Assembly (NCBI GenBank): GCA_038841535.1
Contig: JAWBTQ010000003.1
Span: 91,174 to 155,173 of the forward strand
DNA length: 64,000 nucleotides
Direction of reading: 5' to 3'
From: Sulfolobales archaeon
GTDB lineage: Archaea > Thermoproteota > Thermoprotei_A > Sulfolobales > NBVN01
A program made the translations under genes and the position numbers. A model generated the notes under the pieces. It had not been told where the DNA came from, did no database searches, and saw only the letters and a program-made list of their open reading frames with translations. This document shows, piece by piece, positions 28,864 to 38,802 of this stretch; position 1 is the first letter of the stretch; every line of letters starts with the position of its first letter.

Positions 28864-30240
28864 ATGCCCAACATGGCTCTATCTAAGTCTATATTGAACC
28901 GTGAGTCTCTAGCTAGAACAGAGCTCCACGCTGATGTTCTAAAGGTGCTGGAAGTAGGGCTCAGAGCAGCCGATCCGGAGTCTTCTGTTCGTAGTGCTCT
29001 CTCGAGAGGGGGAGATGTAGTGTGTGTTTTAGATGAATGCTTTAGTGCTACGGGCAGAATTCATGTAATCGGCTTCGGTAAGGCCGGTTTGGGTATGTCT
29101 CTGGGGTGCGAGAGTGTGTTAGGGGAGCTAGTAGCTGGTGGGGTAGTCATAGTTCCCTCTATAGGGGATTCTCCTAGGCTACCTAAGAAGATCGAAGTAG
29201 TCGAAGGAGAGCACCCAATACCAGGTGAGAAAACTCTGCGAGCAAGCCACAGATTGATTAAGTACGTTGAGGATAACTTGAGTACAGGAGACGTGGTGAT
29301 AGTCCTAATTTCTGGCGGTGGGTCGGCTTTGTTCGAAATTCCGTATCCACCACTAACTCTAGGTGATATAGCTATCACCACGAATACCCTAATGAGGGCT
29401 GGTGCTGATATAGTCGAGCTCAACACAGTCCGCAAACACTTGAGCATGGTTAAAGGTGGAAGGCTCTTGAACTTTACTAGGAGGGCAAGCCGGGTCTTCT
29501 CTCTCATAATCTCCGATGTGGTTGGAGACCCGATCGAGTTCATCGCTTCGGGTCCTACAGAAGCAGACACTACTACCTATCGAGATACCTACGAAGTTCT
29601 GCAGAGAAGAGGGGTGTGGGATGCTCTACCGAACAGCGTGAGAGAACTAGTGCTAAGTGGCTTATCTGGCAAGATCCCCGAAACGGTGAAACCTGGAGAT
29701 CCACTACTCGATAAGGTTAGAAACTTAGTAGTCGCCAGCAACATGATATCTCTTAAGGATATGGAAAAGAAAGCTAGAGAACTAGGCTATAAAGCAACAA
29801 TAGTGACTTCCATGATGGTTGGTGAAGCTAGAGAAGTCGGTAGATTCCTCGGAAGTATAGCACGCCATATCACCAAGTACAAACAACCCGGTGAAAAGCT
29901 TATGTTACTCCTAGGTGGTGAAACTACGGTAACGGTTAGAGGTCGCGGCCGTGGTGGTAGAAACCAAGAGCTTTGTGTGGGGTTCTCATTATCTGCTCGA
30001 GGATTAGAAAATGTCGTACTTGCGTCCATAGGTTCTGATGGAATAGATGGTAACAGTCCAGCTGCTGGAGGAATGTGTGACGGGCTGTTGGTAGATGAAG
30101 CACTAAACGCAGGTTTAGACCCTCACAAGTATTTAAACGATAACGACACGTACACATTACTGAGCAAGTTGGGAAGGGCCATAATCACTGGTCCCACCGG
30201 TACGAACGTGAATGACTTAGTAGTTCTAGCAGTTCGGTAG
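28864..30240 (+). CDS. Glycerate 2-kinase (MOFRL family)
   Basis: GFGKA, HPIP, LISGGGSAL, SDVVGD, GGETTV, GGRNQE, TGTNVND; start uncertain. Confidence 0.9.
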   Translation: MPNMALSKSILNRESLARTELHADVLKVLEVGLRAADPESSVRSALSRGGDVVCVLDECFSATGRIHVIGFGKAGLGMSLGCESVLGELVAGGVVIVPSIGDSPRLPKKIEVVEGEHPIPGEKTLRASHRLIKYVEDNLSTGDVVIVLISGGGSALFEIPYPPLTLGDIAITTNTLMRAGADIVELNTVRKHLSMVKGGRLLNFTRRASRVFSLIISDVVGDPIEFIASGPTEADTTTYRDTYEVLQRRGVWDALPNSVRELVLSGLSGKIPETVKPGDPLLDKVRNLVVASNMISLKDMEKKARELGYKATIVTSMMVGEAREVGRFLGSIARHITKYKQPGEKLMLLLGGETTVTVRGRGRGGRNQELCVGFSLSARGLENVVLASIGSDGIDGNSPAAGGMCDGLLVDEALNAGLDPHKYLNDNDTYTLLSKLGRAIITGPTGTNVNDLVVLAVR

Positions 30241-30250
30241 GGAATCCGTA

Positions 30251-31642
30251 TTGGTTGCTGTGGACATAGCGTTTTTAGTTGTTGTAACCCCTCTAGTGCT
30301 GATTCTATCGTTACATTCTATATACTTGCTATCGTCTAGTAGAATAGAGAGAAAAACGGCTCCCGGCCTTAGTGCGAGGGAAAGAGTCAGTGTTGTTATA
30401 CCTATAAAGAGCGAACCCATCGACCTAGTTTACGATAGTGTGAGTTACTTAATTAAGCTAATAGAAAAACTCGGTAACCGTATAGAGATATACATAGTGT
30501 CAGATGATGAAGAAGAGTACGTTAAAACCTTAAGGAATAAGCTAGACTCTTTAAGCTCGCCTATTTCGGTGAGAGTCGTAAGACGGGATGGTCGGGGAGG
30601 AAGAGTTGGCGCTCTGAACTTCGCCCTCAACGAAGTTGTGAAGAATGATAATCTCCTAGTCTTAGACATAGACGCTAAACCAAGTGAGGATTTTTTTGAA
30701 GAGCTACTAGACTGTGCTCAGGTATACGATGCGTGCGTAGGACGCTGGGTAGGGTACTGGGTAAGAGATACCAGAATAGCTAGGGCACTAGCTTTCATAA
30801 CAGAGCTTGTCGCTACAGCTCTCTACAGAGGTAGGCAAAAACTTGGGTTGCTTGTTTTTCCTCTGGGTTCCGGGACCCTTTTCAGAGTGAAGTCTCTTAA
30901 GGCTGTCGGAGGATGGGAAGATGGGACAGTTCAAGACGACGTGATTATAGGCATGAGACTCTATGGTTCCGGTTTCAGAGTCGGATACTCAGATAAAGCT
31001 ACTTTACGTGTTTTAGTTCCATCATCCTATAGAGCCTTTAGAATACAGCAACTTAAGTGGGCTTACGGCTCAGTGGAGAGCTTAAGGTATAGCTTTAAGT
31101 ACCTTAAGAGGAGCATAGGTGTCCTTAAGTCGATTGAAGCTAGACTATATACTCTCCAATACGTTCCTGGACTTTCAGTATTGGCAACCTCGATGGTAGT
31201 ACCCAGCGTAGCTATTGCATCGAACTCGGACTTAAGCTATCTCCCGTTGCTTGCCGTTAGTGCTATATCGTCCTTCTACGTTGGAGCCGTACTTAAGACT
31301 TTCAGTAAACCCGGAGCGAAAGTTACTAAAATACTCAGGCTACTGGGTACGGCGTCAGCAATCGGTGTAACTGTAGCACCGATCGTTATAAAAGGATTAA
31401 TTCTGGGTATTCTCGGCACACGACCGAGAGCTCCCGTAACTCCTAAGGGATCCGAAGACCGTGAAAGATATAGAGAATACTTAGAGGAGTACATAGCTAC
31501 CACAACTTCCCTCCTCCTCGGGATTGTGGCACTAATTAGAGGTCACTACCTTGCGTCCGGAATAGGCTTCCTCCCCACTATAGCATTAGTCTATACTCTA
31601 GCAAGAGCGACTAGACAACCCCACACTCCTACCTCAGTCTAG
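30251..31642 (+). CDS. GT2 family membrane glycosyltransferase (cellulose-synthase-like)
   Basis: DID, QDD, QQLKW (QxxRW-like), C-terminal TM helices. Confidence 0.82.
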   Translation: MVAVDIAFLVVVTPLVLILSLHSIYLLSSSRIERKTAPGLSARERVSVVIPIKSEPIDLVYDSVSYLIKLIEKLGNRIEIYIVSDDEEEYVKTLRNKLDSLSSPISVRVVRRDGRGGRVGALNFALNEVVKNDNLLVLDIDAKPSEDFFEELLDCAQVYDACVGRWVGYWVRDTRIARALAFITELVATALYRGRQKLGLLVFPLGSGTLFRVKSLKAVGGWEDGTVQDDVIIGMRLYGSGFRVGYSDKATLRVLVPSSYRAFRIQQLKWAYGSVESLRYSFKYLKRSIGVLKSIEARLYTLQYVPGLSVLATSMVVPSVAIASNSDLSYLPLLAVSAISSFYVGAVLKTFSKPGAKVTKILRLLGTASAIGVTVAPIVIKGLILGILGTRPRAPVTPKGSEDRERYREYLEEYIATTTSLLLGIVALIRGHYLASGIGFLPTIALVYTLARATRQPHTPTSV

Positions 31643-31960
31643 CTCAAACTATAGAGCCTCCATTTTAAAGAGGCTCTAAGTCACGAGCTCCTTCGATTTA
31701 CCAAGGTCGGTAAGTGCTTGGTACACGGCTTCTCTACTCAAGCTTGATCATTCTCGACTTCTATTGCCGTGCTTAAGTAACTAAGCTATCCAACATACCG
31801 TGACAGATGCTATGACCTACATAAACCATAAGCTAACTGTCACCTCCTTAAAGTCCCGCAGAACTCTTTCTGGTTTCGCATTAGTTTATAGTGATTGGTG
31901 CTACTCTCGGTAATGCGTTAGAGACACCTATAAACGTCTCACCAAAGAATAAAGCCTCTC

Positions 31961-32154
31961 GATGGGGTGCGGAAGCTCGTGGGAGAGCTGAAGGTAAGAC
32001 CTCTCAGAGGCAATCCAGACGTCAAACACGCAAGATGTTGAGAGCCCAGAGCCGCCCCGAGTGCCCCTAAGCCTAATGAAATCCCGGGCGAAATGCGGGG
32101 GAAGGCGCAGGGCGATGACATCACTCGGTATAAGCCAACATCAGAGCCGAACCC
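31961..32154 (+). repeat. Dispersed non-coding repeat copy B (tnpB 3'-end/omega-RNA-like remnant)
   Basis: Homologous by eye to the reverse complement of 9955-10109. Confidence 0.65.
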
Positions 32155-32173
32155 TGAGTAAAGGTTTAGAGCA

Positions 32174-33112
32174 TCATGTGTTGAGGGTTGCTCTCAGCTT
32201 CTCTATGGTGATCCTCAACCCTGCGTGTAAAGTTATTGAAGGTTTGAAGCCGAGCTTTCTTCTCGCCCTGGTTATGTCCGCTACTGAGTGCACTATATCT
32301 TCGGGACGAGCATCCTCGTGAACCAGCCCAACATTACCCAGTCCAAGGATCCTTAGTACTTCGTTAGCTAAGTCCAGTATTCTCGTAGCTTCACCACTAC
32401 CGATATTAAACACCCCTGAGGTCCTAGACTTTAAAGCACAAACAACAGCTTGTACGACATCTGAAACGTATATGAAATCCCTCGTTTGCTCACCGGTACC
32501 GTATACTACTAGCGGCTCACCCTTCAGTGCTCTCCTAATAAACTCTACTATCACTCCTGAATAACCCGTACTCTGTTTAGGACCGTAGACGTTGAAGATC
32601 CTCAAAATCACTGGTCTAAAGCCGTATACCTTGGAGTAGGACATTAAGTAGAGCTCTCCAGAAGCCTTAGAAGCTCCATAGGGGGACTTAGGGTGCAGGG
32701 GGTGGTCTTCAGGTATAGGGATCTTCACGGGATCACCGTAAACAGCAGAACTGGAAGCGTATATGAAGGAATCAACCCTCCTAGAGGCTCTAGCTAGGTT
32801 GAGAGTCCCAACTACGTTGACCTCAGTATAGAGGTTTGGTTCTCTAAGTGATTCCCCCACGTCAGTTAGGGCAGCTAAGTGGACAACGGCATCCACACCC
32901 CGAACAGCCTTTTCAACAGCCTCATAGTCTCTAACGTCTCGGACGATCAGCTCAACACTACTTAAGACACCATGGATATTTTGGAGACTACCTCGAGAAA
33001 GATTATCCAAAACCCTCACTTCATAACCTCTAAACACAAGCTCTCTCACGAGGTGACTCCCTATGAATCCAGCACCCCCCGTCACCAAGACTCTCAAACT
33101 ATCCATCCGCAT
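32174..33112 (-). CDS. NAD-dependent epimerase/dehydratase (GalE-like extended SDR)
   Basis: TGGAGFIG, YGASK, NVYGP, GEQTRDF; start uncertain (33106-33130). Confidence 0.9.
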   Translation of the reverse strand: MRMDSLRVLVTGGAGFIGSHLVRELVFRGYEVRVLDNLSRGSLQNIHGVLSSVELIVRDVRDYEAVEKAVRGVDAVVHLAALTDVGESLREPNLYTEVNVVGTLNLARASRRVDSFIYASSSAVYGDPVKIPIPEDHPLHPKSPYGASKASGELYLMSYSKVYGFRPVILRIFNVYGPKQSTGYSGVIVEFIRRALKGEPLVVYGTGEQTRDFIYVSDVVQAVVCALKSRTSGVFNIGSGEATRILDLANEVLRILGLGNVGLVHEDARPEDIVHSVADITRARRKLGFKPSITLHAGLRITIEKLRATLNT

Positions 33113-34216
33113 CAACCCATGCGTACACAAATTCCATGATAAAAAGCGTAGTGAAACTTTATACTGTATACTGTTAATATATAACGGAAACCATAACGAA
33201 GCTACCGTGCTCTGAGGCTTGCATCACTATAAAACTCTACTGGTGTTATTTGTATCTCGCTTCCGCGTACGTATCCGTTCATTTGCGTTTACTACTTGCG
33301 CACAGCAGTTCGCAACTCTTAAACTTACCGGACTGGTCGACATGTTGTATACATTTTAATGGTGTGATCATGGCCCTCCGGGCGGAAGGAGAGAGTGGAA
33401 AGATTGTGCGATTAAAGAGGGTCTGGAGGTAGCTGGCTGAGGTCAGGACGAACTCGGTATCGGTCTAGCTGATGTTGCTGATCATCATACCACTCACTGT
33501 GTTCTCAGTAACCGAAATGGTTTACACGGGCCGTAGGCGATAGCCCGAGGCCCGCACTCCATCTAATCTTCAGTATTTACTACTTACCCACGGCTTACCT
33601 CTGGGGCCAGTACCTTGCGGCCGCAGTCAAGCGGAGGGGGTGGAGAGTGATGGAGCCTTTTGAAGTAGTATTGTACGGTGCTGCGGGCCCGGTGGCTCTA
33701 GCCCTCTTAATATGTCGTACCCAACTTAACACCTCGGTCTTTAGTCCCTCTTTTTATGGATAGTTTGCCTTAACAGAGTTCTCCCGCTTTAGCGGCTAGT
33801 AGACTACGGTAGTACTAGAGTACTTTAGTTAGACTGCCGCTCACGTTTCCAGAATCTGTCTCGAGCCAGCTCTCATGGATTACCGTCGCCCTGGGTTGAC
33901 TAGGGCTGCGCTGGACGCTGCGCGATCCAGAGTCTTAACAGACTCAAGTAATTTACCTCCTGGAGACTGCGTAGCGTGAGGTCGAACCTGCCAAGGCTGG
34001 GAATAGAGCTACTAGTGCGGACCTTACGGTTGGGTTTTCCATGCTGTCTCCAGTATCCTGCTGATGTCCCTGCTTAAAACTTTCTCGGGCCTAGGCTACT
34101 TAAACACACTAGCTATCACCAGACCCGCGGAAAGCTACTGCTTTAAATAGAGCATTTCGCGGATATGGAGTGAGCCGTGGGTCTATTGGTTTATAAGTCA
34201 ATAGCTCCCATGGGTG

Positions 34217-34293
34217 TGGAGCCGCCGGCGGGATTTGAACCCGCGACCACCGGCTTACGAGGCCGGCGCTCTACCACGCTGAGCTACGGCGGC
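34217..34293 (-). tRNA. tRNA-Thr(CGT), CCA encoded
   Basis: Minus strand cloverleaf with CCGGC-CTCGTAA-GCCGG anticodon arm. Confidence 0.96.
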
Positions 34294-34410
34294 TCCACAA
34301 GTGTTGTAGTGGGTATTTTTATAAATTACTTTCTAGGTAGGCAATCGCCACAGTCTCTAGCACGAAGAACATATTAGCTTGTAGGGTTGGTTAGTTACTG
34401 GTGAGGGGGT

Positions 34411-35013
34411 ATGGAGCGAGGCAGTATAGTGAGCGTGATCGAGAGACTGTGGGGTCTCCGAGAGAGCTTAGCTGAGTTTAAAGAGGTTGGGCCGGGGTCT
34501 CCTCACGGTCTTTACATATACGATAAGGATAGTGACGTGTGGGTTCTATTTTCGTCTAAGGATAGTGACGTGTTTTTACCCAAGGTGGACGGTTACTACG
34601 TCATGTACTTCGACAACTCGCGCTGTTCAGCCTGCAGGAAGTACGACCTCCACTGGTTTCCGTACATTAGGCAGAACTCTCAGAGGCTCCTAGACCACTA
34701 CTTTATTATAGTATTGTGCGACTGGTTTGCTAGAGAGTGCAAGTCTCCAGTTGCTAGTAATACCTTTACCTACTACGCTGTTCACGCATCACCTACTACA
34801 GTCCTTCTATATATTAAGAACGGTAAGGAGGTATATAGAGAAGCATATGATGGCTACCTCAAAATAGACGAGCTTGAGAAAGTAATCGGTGGCTTTAAGT
34901 CCCGAGTTGAGGCGTACGAGAAGGGATTGAAAGTCAGCAAACCTATAGAAGAGGGGCAGGACATTATTAAGTTACTTAAGCAACTTCTCTCTGGTGCTCG
35001 AGAAGATGTTTAA
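34411..35013 (+). CDS. Thioredoxin-fold protein
   Basis: YFDNSRCSACRKY CxxC motif; cis-Pro-like ASPT. Confidence 0.72.
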   Translation: MERGSIVSVIERLWGLRESLAEFKEVGPGSPHGLYIYDKDSDVWVLFSSKDSDVFLPKVDGYYVMYFDNSRCSACRKYDLHWFPYIRQNSQRLLDHYFIIVLCDWFARECKSPVASNTFTYYAVHASPTTVLLYIKNGKEVYREAYDGYLKIDELEKVIGGFKSRVEAYEKGLKVSKPIEEGQDIIKLLKQLLSGAREDV

Positions 35014-36286
35014 TCCATACGAAATTAGAAAAGATTTTCCCATACTCAATAGAATGATTAGAGGCAGGAGACTAATCTACTTAGACAACGCAGCAACGTC
35101 TCAGAAGCCTAAGCAGGTAGTGGCAGCCATAGCTAAATATTACCTCTGGCATAACGCAAATGTACATAGAGGTCTACACACCCTCTCTCAAGAGGCAAGC
35201 CAGATGTATGAAGAGGCCCACGAGTACGTAGCTAAGTTCATTAATGCTAGAAGCTGGGAAGAGGTGGTGTTTACGTACAACGTAACAGAAGCCATTAACC
35301 TAGTCGCTTTTACTTGGGGTTTAGCTAACGTCAACCCTGGAGACGAGATTGTCGTTACAGTCATGGAGCACCACTCGAACATGCTTCCCTGGAGGAAGTT
35401 AGCTAAAATTAGGGGTGCTAAGGTGGTGTACGTCGACATAACTAATGGTGGTGAGCTCACATACGAGGAGTTTGAGAGAGTAATGAACAAGAGGACCAAA
35501 ATTGTAGCAGCAACACTAATGAGCAACGTTCTTGGAACAATTACCGCAGATGTGGTGAAGAATGTGGTTAAGCTGGCTCACGAACATGGTGCTGTTGTTG
35601 TAGCAGATGGAGCACAGTACGTACCACACGCACCAACAGACGTTCGCGACCTAGAAATAGACTTCCTGGGCTTCAGCAGTCACAAGATGCTGGGTCCTAT
35701 GGGCATAGGAGTTTTGTGGGGTAGGAGGGAAATACTTGAGGAGCTAGAGCCGTTTAAATCAGGAGGAGACACTATTAAGGATGTAACACTTGATGAAGTA
35801 GTCTGGCACGACCTTCCTTGGAGATTTGAGGCTGGAACTCCAAACGTCGGTGGTGCTGTTGGACTGAAAGCAGCCGTCGAATATCTAGCGAGGCTTGGAA
35901 TGGATTCGGTCAGGCAGCATGAGAAAGAGTTAGTGGGATACACTTTTAAGAGGTTTAATGAAGAACTTGGAGATGCCGTCGAAGTATACGGTCCTAAGGA
36001 CCCTGAGGTCAGGGGTGGTGTTATATCTTTTAACGTAAGAGGGCTGAATCATCACTCGGTTGGCATGGCCTTAGATATGTTCGGAATAGCTGTTAGGTCA
36101 GGCAGGCACTGTGCTCACCCATTGCATTACAGACTCGGTCTCACGGGGACTGTTAGAGCGAGTTATTATGTTTACAATGTAAAGGAGGAAGTAGACGAGC
36201 TTGTAGAGAGCCTCAAGACTATAATTACCTTGAAGGATAAGCTTAAGTCAGGAGAAGTAGATGAAAGAGTGTGTACAGGAACTTAA
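34994..36286 (+). CDS. sufS: Cysteine desulfurase, SufS (group II)
   Basis: YLDNAATSQKP, SSHKMLGP (PLP Lys), RSGRHCAHP. Confidence 0.92.
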   Translation: MLEKMFNPYEIRKDFPILNRMIRGRRLIYLDNAATSQKPKQVVAAIAKYYLWHNANVHRGLHTLSQEASQMYEEAHEYVAKFINARSWEEVVFTYNVTEAINLVAFTWGLANVNPGDEIVVTVMEHHSNMLPWRKLAKIRGAKVVYVDITNGGELTYEEFERVMNKRTKIVAATLMSNVLGTITADVVKNVVKLAHEHGAVVVADGAQYVPHAPTDVRDLEIDFLGFSSHKMLGPMGIGVLWGRREILEELEPFKSGGDTIKDVTLDEVVWHDLPWRFEAGTPNVGGAVGLKAAVEYLARLGMDSVRQHEKELVGYTFKRFNEELGDAVEVYGPKDPEVRGGVISFNVRGLNHHSVGMALDMFGIAVRSGRHCAHPLHYRLGLTGTVRASYYVYNVKEEVDELVESLKTIITLKDKLKSGEVDERVCTGT

Positions 36287-36902
36287 CATCCACCCGGATC
36301 TCCATTCGAGAGAAGAGATAATCAAGAAGATAGTGAAGGAGTTACTGGAGGTTTTAGGAGAAGACCCCAGCCGTGAAGGACTTAGAGAAACACCTAGTAG
36401 AGTTTCACGCATGTGGGTTGAAGAGCTAGCGATGGGTTACTTTGTGGATCCACTAGCATACGTTAAAACCTTTGAGGTAGAGGAGTATGAAGGGCATGAA
36501 GGCTTTGTTGCTGTAACGAACATACCAACTAGGTCTATATGCGAGCACCACCTCCTCCCCTTCTTCGGGTATACTCACGTAGTCTACATACCTTCGGGTA
36601 AAGTTCTTGGATTTAGTAAGTTTGCTAGAGTGATTAAGGTCCTCTCTAGCAAGCTCCAGATACAGGAAAGACTGACAGAGCAAATAGCAGACTTCCTTAA
36701 CGAGGTTTTGAATCCAAAGGGCCTAATAGTGCTTCAAGAAGCCCTCCACACATGCGCTCTAATTAGAGGTGTTGAGGAGTCTATGACTATGAGTACGATG
36801 GCTCTGAGAGGGATATTTAGAGAACAGAGAGAGCTAACTAACCTAGCTCTTCAAGTAATAAACATGAGTAAGCTACAACTTCCCAAGTTTGAAGGGTTCT
36901 AG
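36261..36902 (+). CDS. folE: GTP cyclohydrolase I (FolE type)
   Basis: GEDPSREGLRETPSRV, SICEHHLLPFFG, LQIQERLT, HTC..RG. Confidence 0.9.
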   Translation: MKECVQELNIHPDLHSREEIIKKIVKELLEVLGEDPSREGLRETPSRVSRMWVEELAMGYFVDPLAYVKTFEVEEYEGHEGFVAVTNIPTRSICEHHLLPFFGYTHVVYIPSGKVLGFSKFARVIKVLSSKLQIQERLTEQIADFLNEVLNPKGLIVLQEALHTCALIRGVEESMTMSTMALRGIFREQRELTNLALQVINMSKLQLPKFEGF

Positions 36903-37298
36903 GAAATGTTTTCTGCTCTAGGTCTCCCTGGGGTAGGTTACTCCTCGGCCCAGCGGTTCATAGCAGCAATCAGCCGCTCCGCGTGGGGGTCTAGATCCTC
37001 TTAGAGCCCAACGACCTTAGGCCCGCATCTAATGGGTAATCACCCTCCTGGGTGGCTCCGGGCGGCCCCGCATCACTATCTGGAGTCGGAGAGGCAGCAA
37101 GACTCATTACCGACTCGAAGATATCGCGGGAACTTCAGTAAACCTTGCGCAGCGAAAACAGCAACAAAACTATGGTAAGCCCTATTGACAGTTTACATAA
37201 CAGCTTCGTACTCTTCTGTGTATGAGGTAGTCTCTTAAGTATGGTTAGGTAGAGCGAAAACTTTTTAGACGGAGGTCTCCCACGTATTAGGGGTAGTA

Positions 37299-38750
37299 AT
37301 GAGGGGTCAGATAGAGTTCTTCTTCTCTCCCAGAACGGTGGTAGTAGTCGGGGCCTCGCGAAAGCCGGGTAAGGTAGGGTACGAGTTACTTAGGAACCTG
37401 CGAGAGATGTTCCGTGGAGATCTCTACGCCGTGAATCCTGAGGCTAAAGAGATTCTAGGAGTGCCGTGCTATCCTAGTCTAGCCAGTATTCCAGAAGATA
37501 TAGACGTAGTTGTAGTAGCAGTACCAGCTGAAAAGGTCTTAGAGGTAGCTGAGGAGGCAGGTGAGAAGGGTGCTAAAGGTCTAATAGTAATATCTGGAGG
37601 GTTCAAGGAAGCGGGTACCGAGGGTTTTGAAAGGGAGAAGAAGCTTATTGAGATAGTTAAAAAGTATGGAACGCGGCTCATTGGTCCCAACTGTGTTGGT
37701 GTTTACGTTCCCAAGACAGGCATGAACACCCTGTTCCTCTCCAAAGAGAGACAGGGATACCCTACACATGGGTTTATAGCTTTCGCTTCACAGTCCGGTG
37801 CTTTCGGTTCTGCTGTACTAGACTGGGCAGCAATGAGGGGGATAGGAATAAGCAAGTTCGTAAGCTACGGTAATAAGGCCGACGTGGATGAAGTCGACGT
37901 CCTCCTCTACTTCAAGAACGACGAGGATACACGTGTAATTACACTCTATATTGAGGGTATAGAAGACGGGGCTGAATTCTTTAAGGTTCTCAGAGAGGTT
38001 GCTAAGTATAAGCCTGTTGTTGTACTTAAATCCGGAAGGACAGAGGCAGGAGCGAGAGCGGCTTCGTCTCATACGGGGTCTTTAGCAGGCTCGGACTCTA
38101 TATATGACGCTGTCTTCAAGCAGTCTGGAGCAATTAGAGCTTACAGTATGGAGGAACTCTTTGATCTAGCAATGGGATTAGCTATGCAGCCACCAGCACC
38201 AGGTGATAGAGTTGTTGTTCTAACCGTCGGTGGAGGGTCTGGTGTTATGGCAACAGATGCCCTATCAGAGCTAGGTCTAAGAGTTCCCAAGCTCTCTGAT
38301 AGCACTGTCAGTAAGCTAAGAAGAGTTCTACTTCCGTTCGCATCACCGTATAACCCAGTCGATGTAACAGGGTCCGCTGTAGACGAGCACTTAGTTGAAG
38401 CAATAGACATACTGCTGACTTCTGAAGACCAGGTTGACGCAGTAATGTGGCTTCCGTACTACATGGTCCCAGGTATAACCCCAGAGCTCAACAAAAAGTT
38501 CCTGGGGAGAGTCAAGAAGGTGTTTAGAGAAACTAACCGCGTAGTCCCCATAGTTGGAGTAGCTACTGGGGGGTCTTATACAGCGATTTACGCGAAGGAG
38601 GCGGAGTCTATGGGCATACCTATGTACGTGTCTCCAGAAAGAGCTGCTAGAGTAATTAAGGCGCTAGTAGACTACGGTAGGTGGCTGAAGAGGGCTGGAT
38701 ACTTCGACTACCATATCGAGAAGTTCCGCCGAATGTTCTTAGCACAATAG
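37299..38750 (+). CDS. ADP-forming acyl-CoA synthetase alpha subunit
   Basis: VGAS, GPNCVG, SQSG, AASSHTGSLAG (phospho-His), NPVD. Confidence 0.9.
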   Translation: MRGQIEFFFSPRTVVVVGASRKPGKVGYELLRNLREMFRGDLYAVNPEAKEILGVPCYPSLASIPEDIDVVVVAVPAEKVLEVAEEAGEKGAKGLIVISGGFKEAGTEGFEREKKLIEIVKKYGTRLIGPNCVGVYVPKTGMNTLFLSKERQGYPTHGFIAFASQSGAFGSAVLDWAAMRGIGISKFVSYGNKADVDEVDVLLYFKNDEDTRVITLYIEGIEDGAEFFKVLREVAKYKPVVVLKSGRTEAGARAASSHTGSLAGSDSIYDAVFKQSGAIRAYSMEELFDLAMGLAMQPPAPGDRVVVLTVGGGSGVMATDALSELGLRVPKLSDSTVSKLRRVLLPFASPYNPVDVTGSAVDEHLVEAIDILLTSEDQVDAVMWLPYYMVPGITPELNKKFLGRVKKVFRETNRVVPIVGVATGGSYTAIYAKEAESMGIPMYVSPERAARVIKALVDYGRWLKRAGYFDYHIEKFRRMFLAQ

Positions 38751-38802
38751 TTTCAGCTCAGTAGTAGTGAAGTTAGAGTAAAGTAACACTGATCATTTCT
38801 AC

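Noticed and set aside
34177-34377. Tracked 66-aa ORF
   Set aside because: Shadow ORF antisense to tRNA-Thr(CGT).
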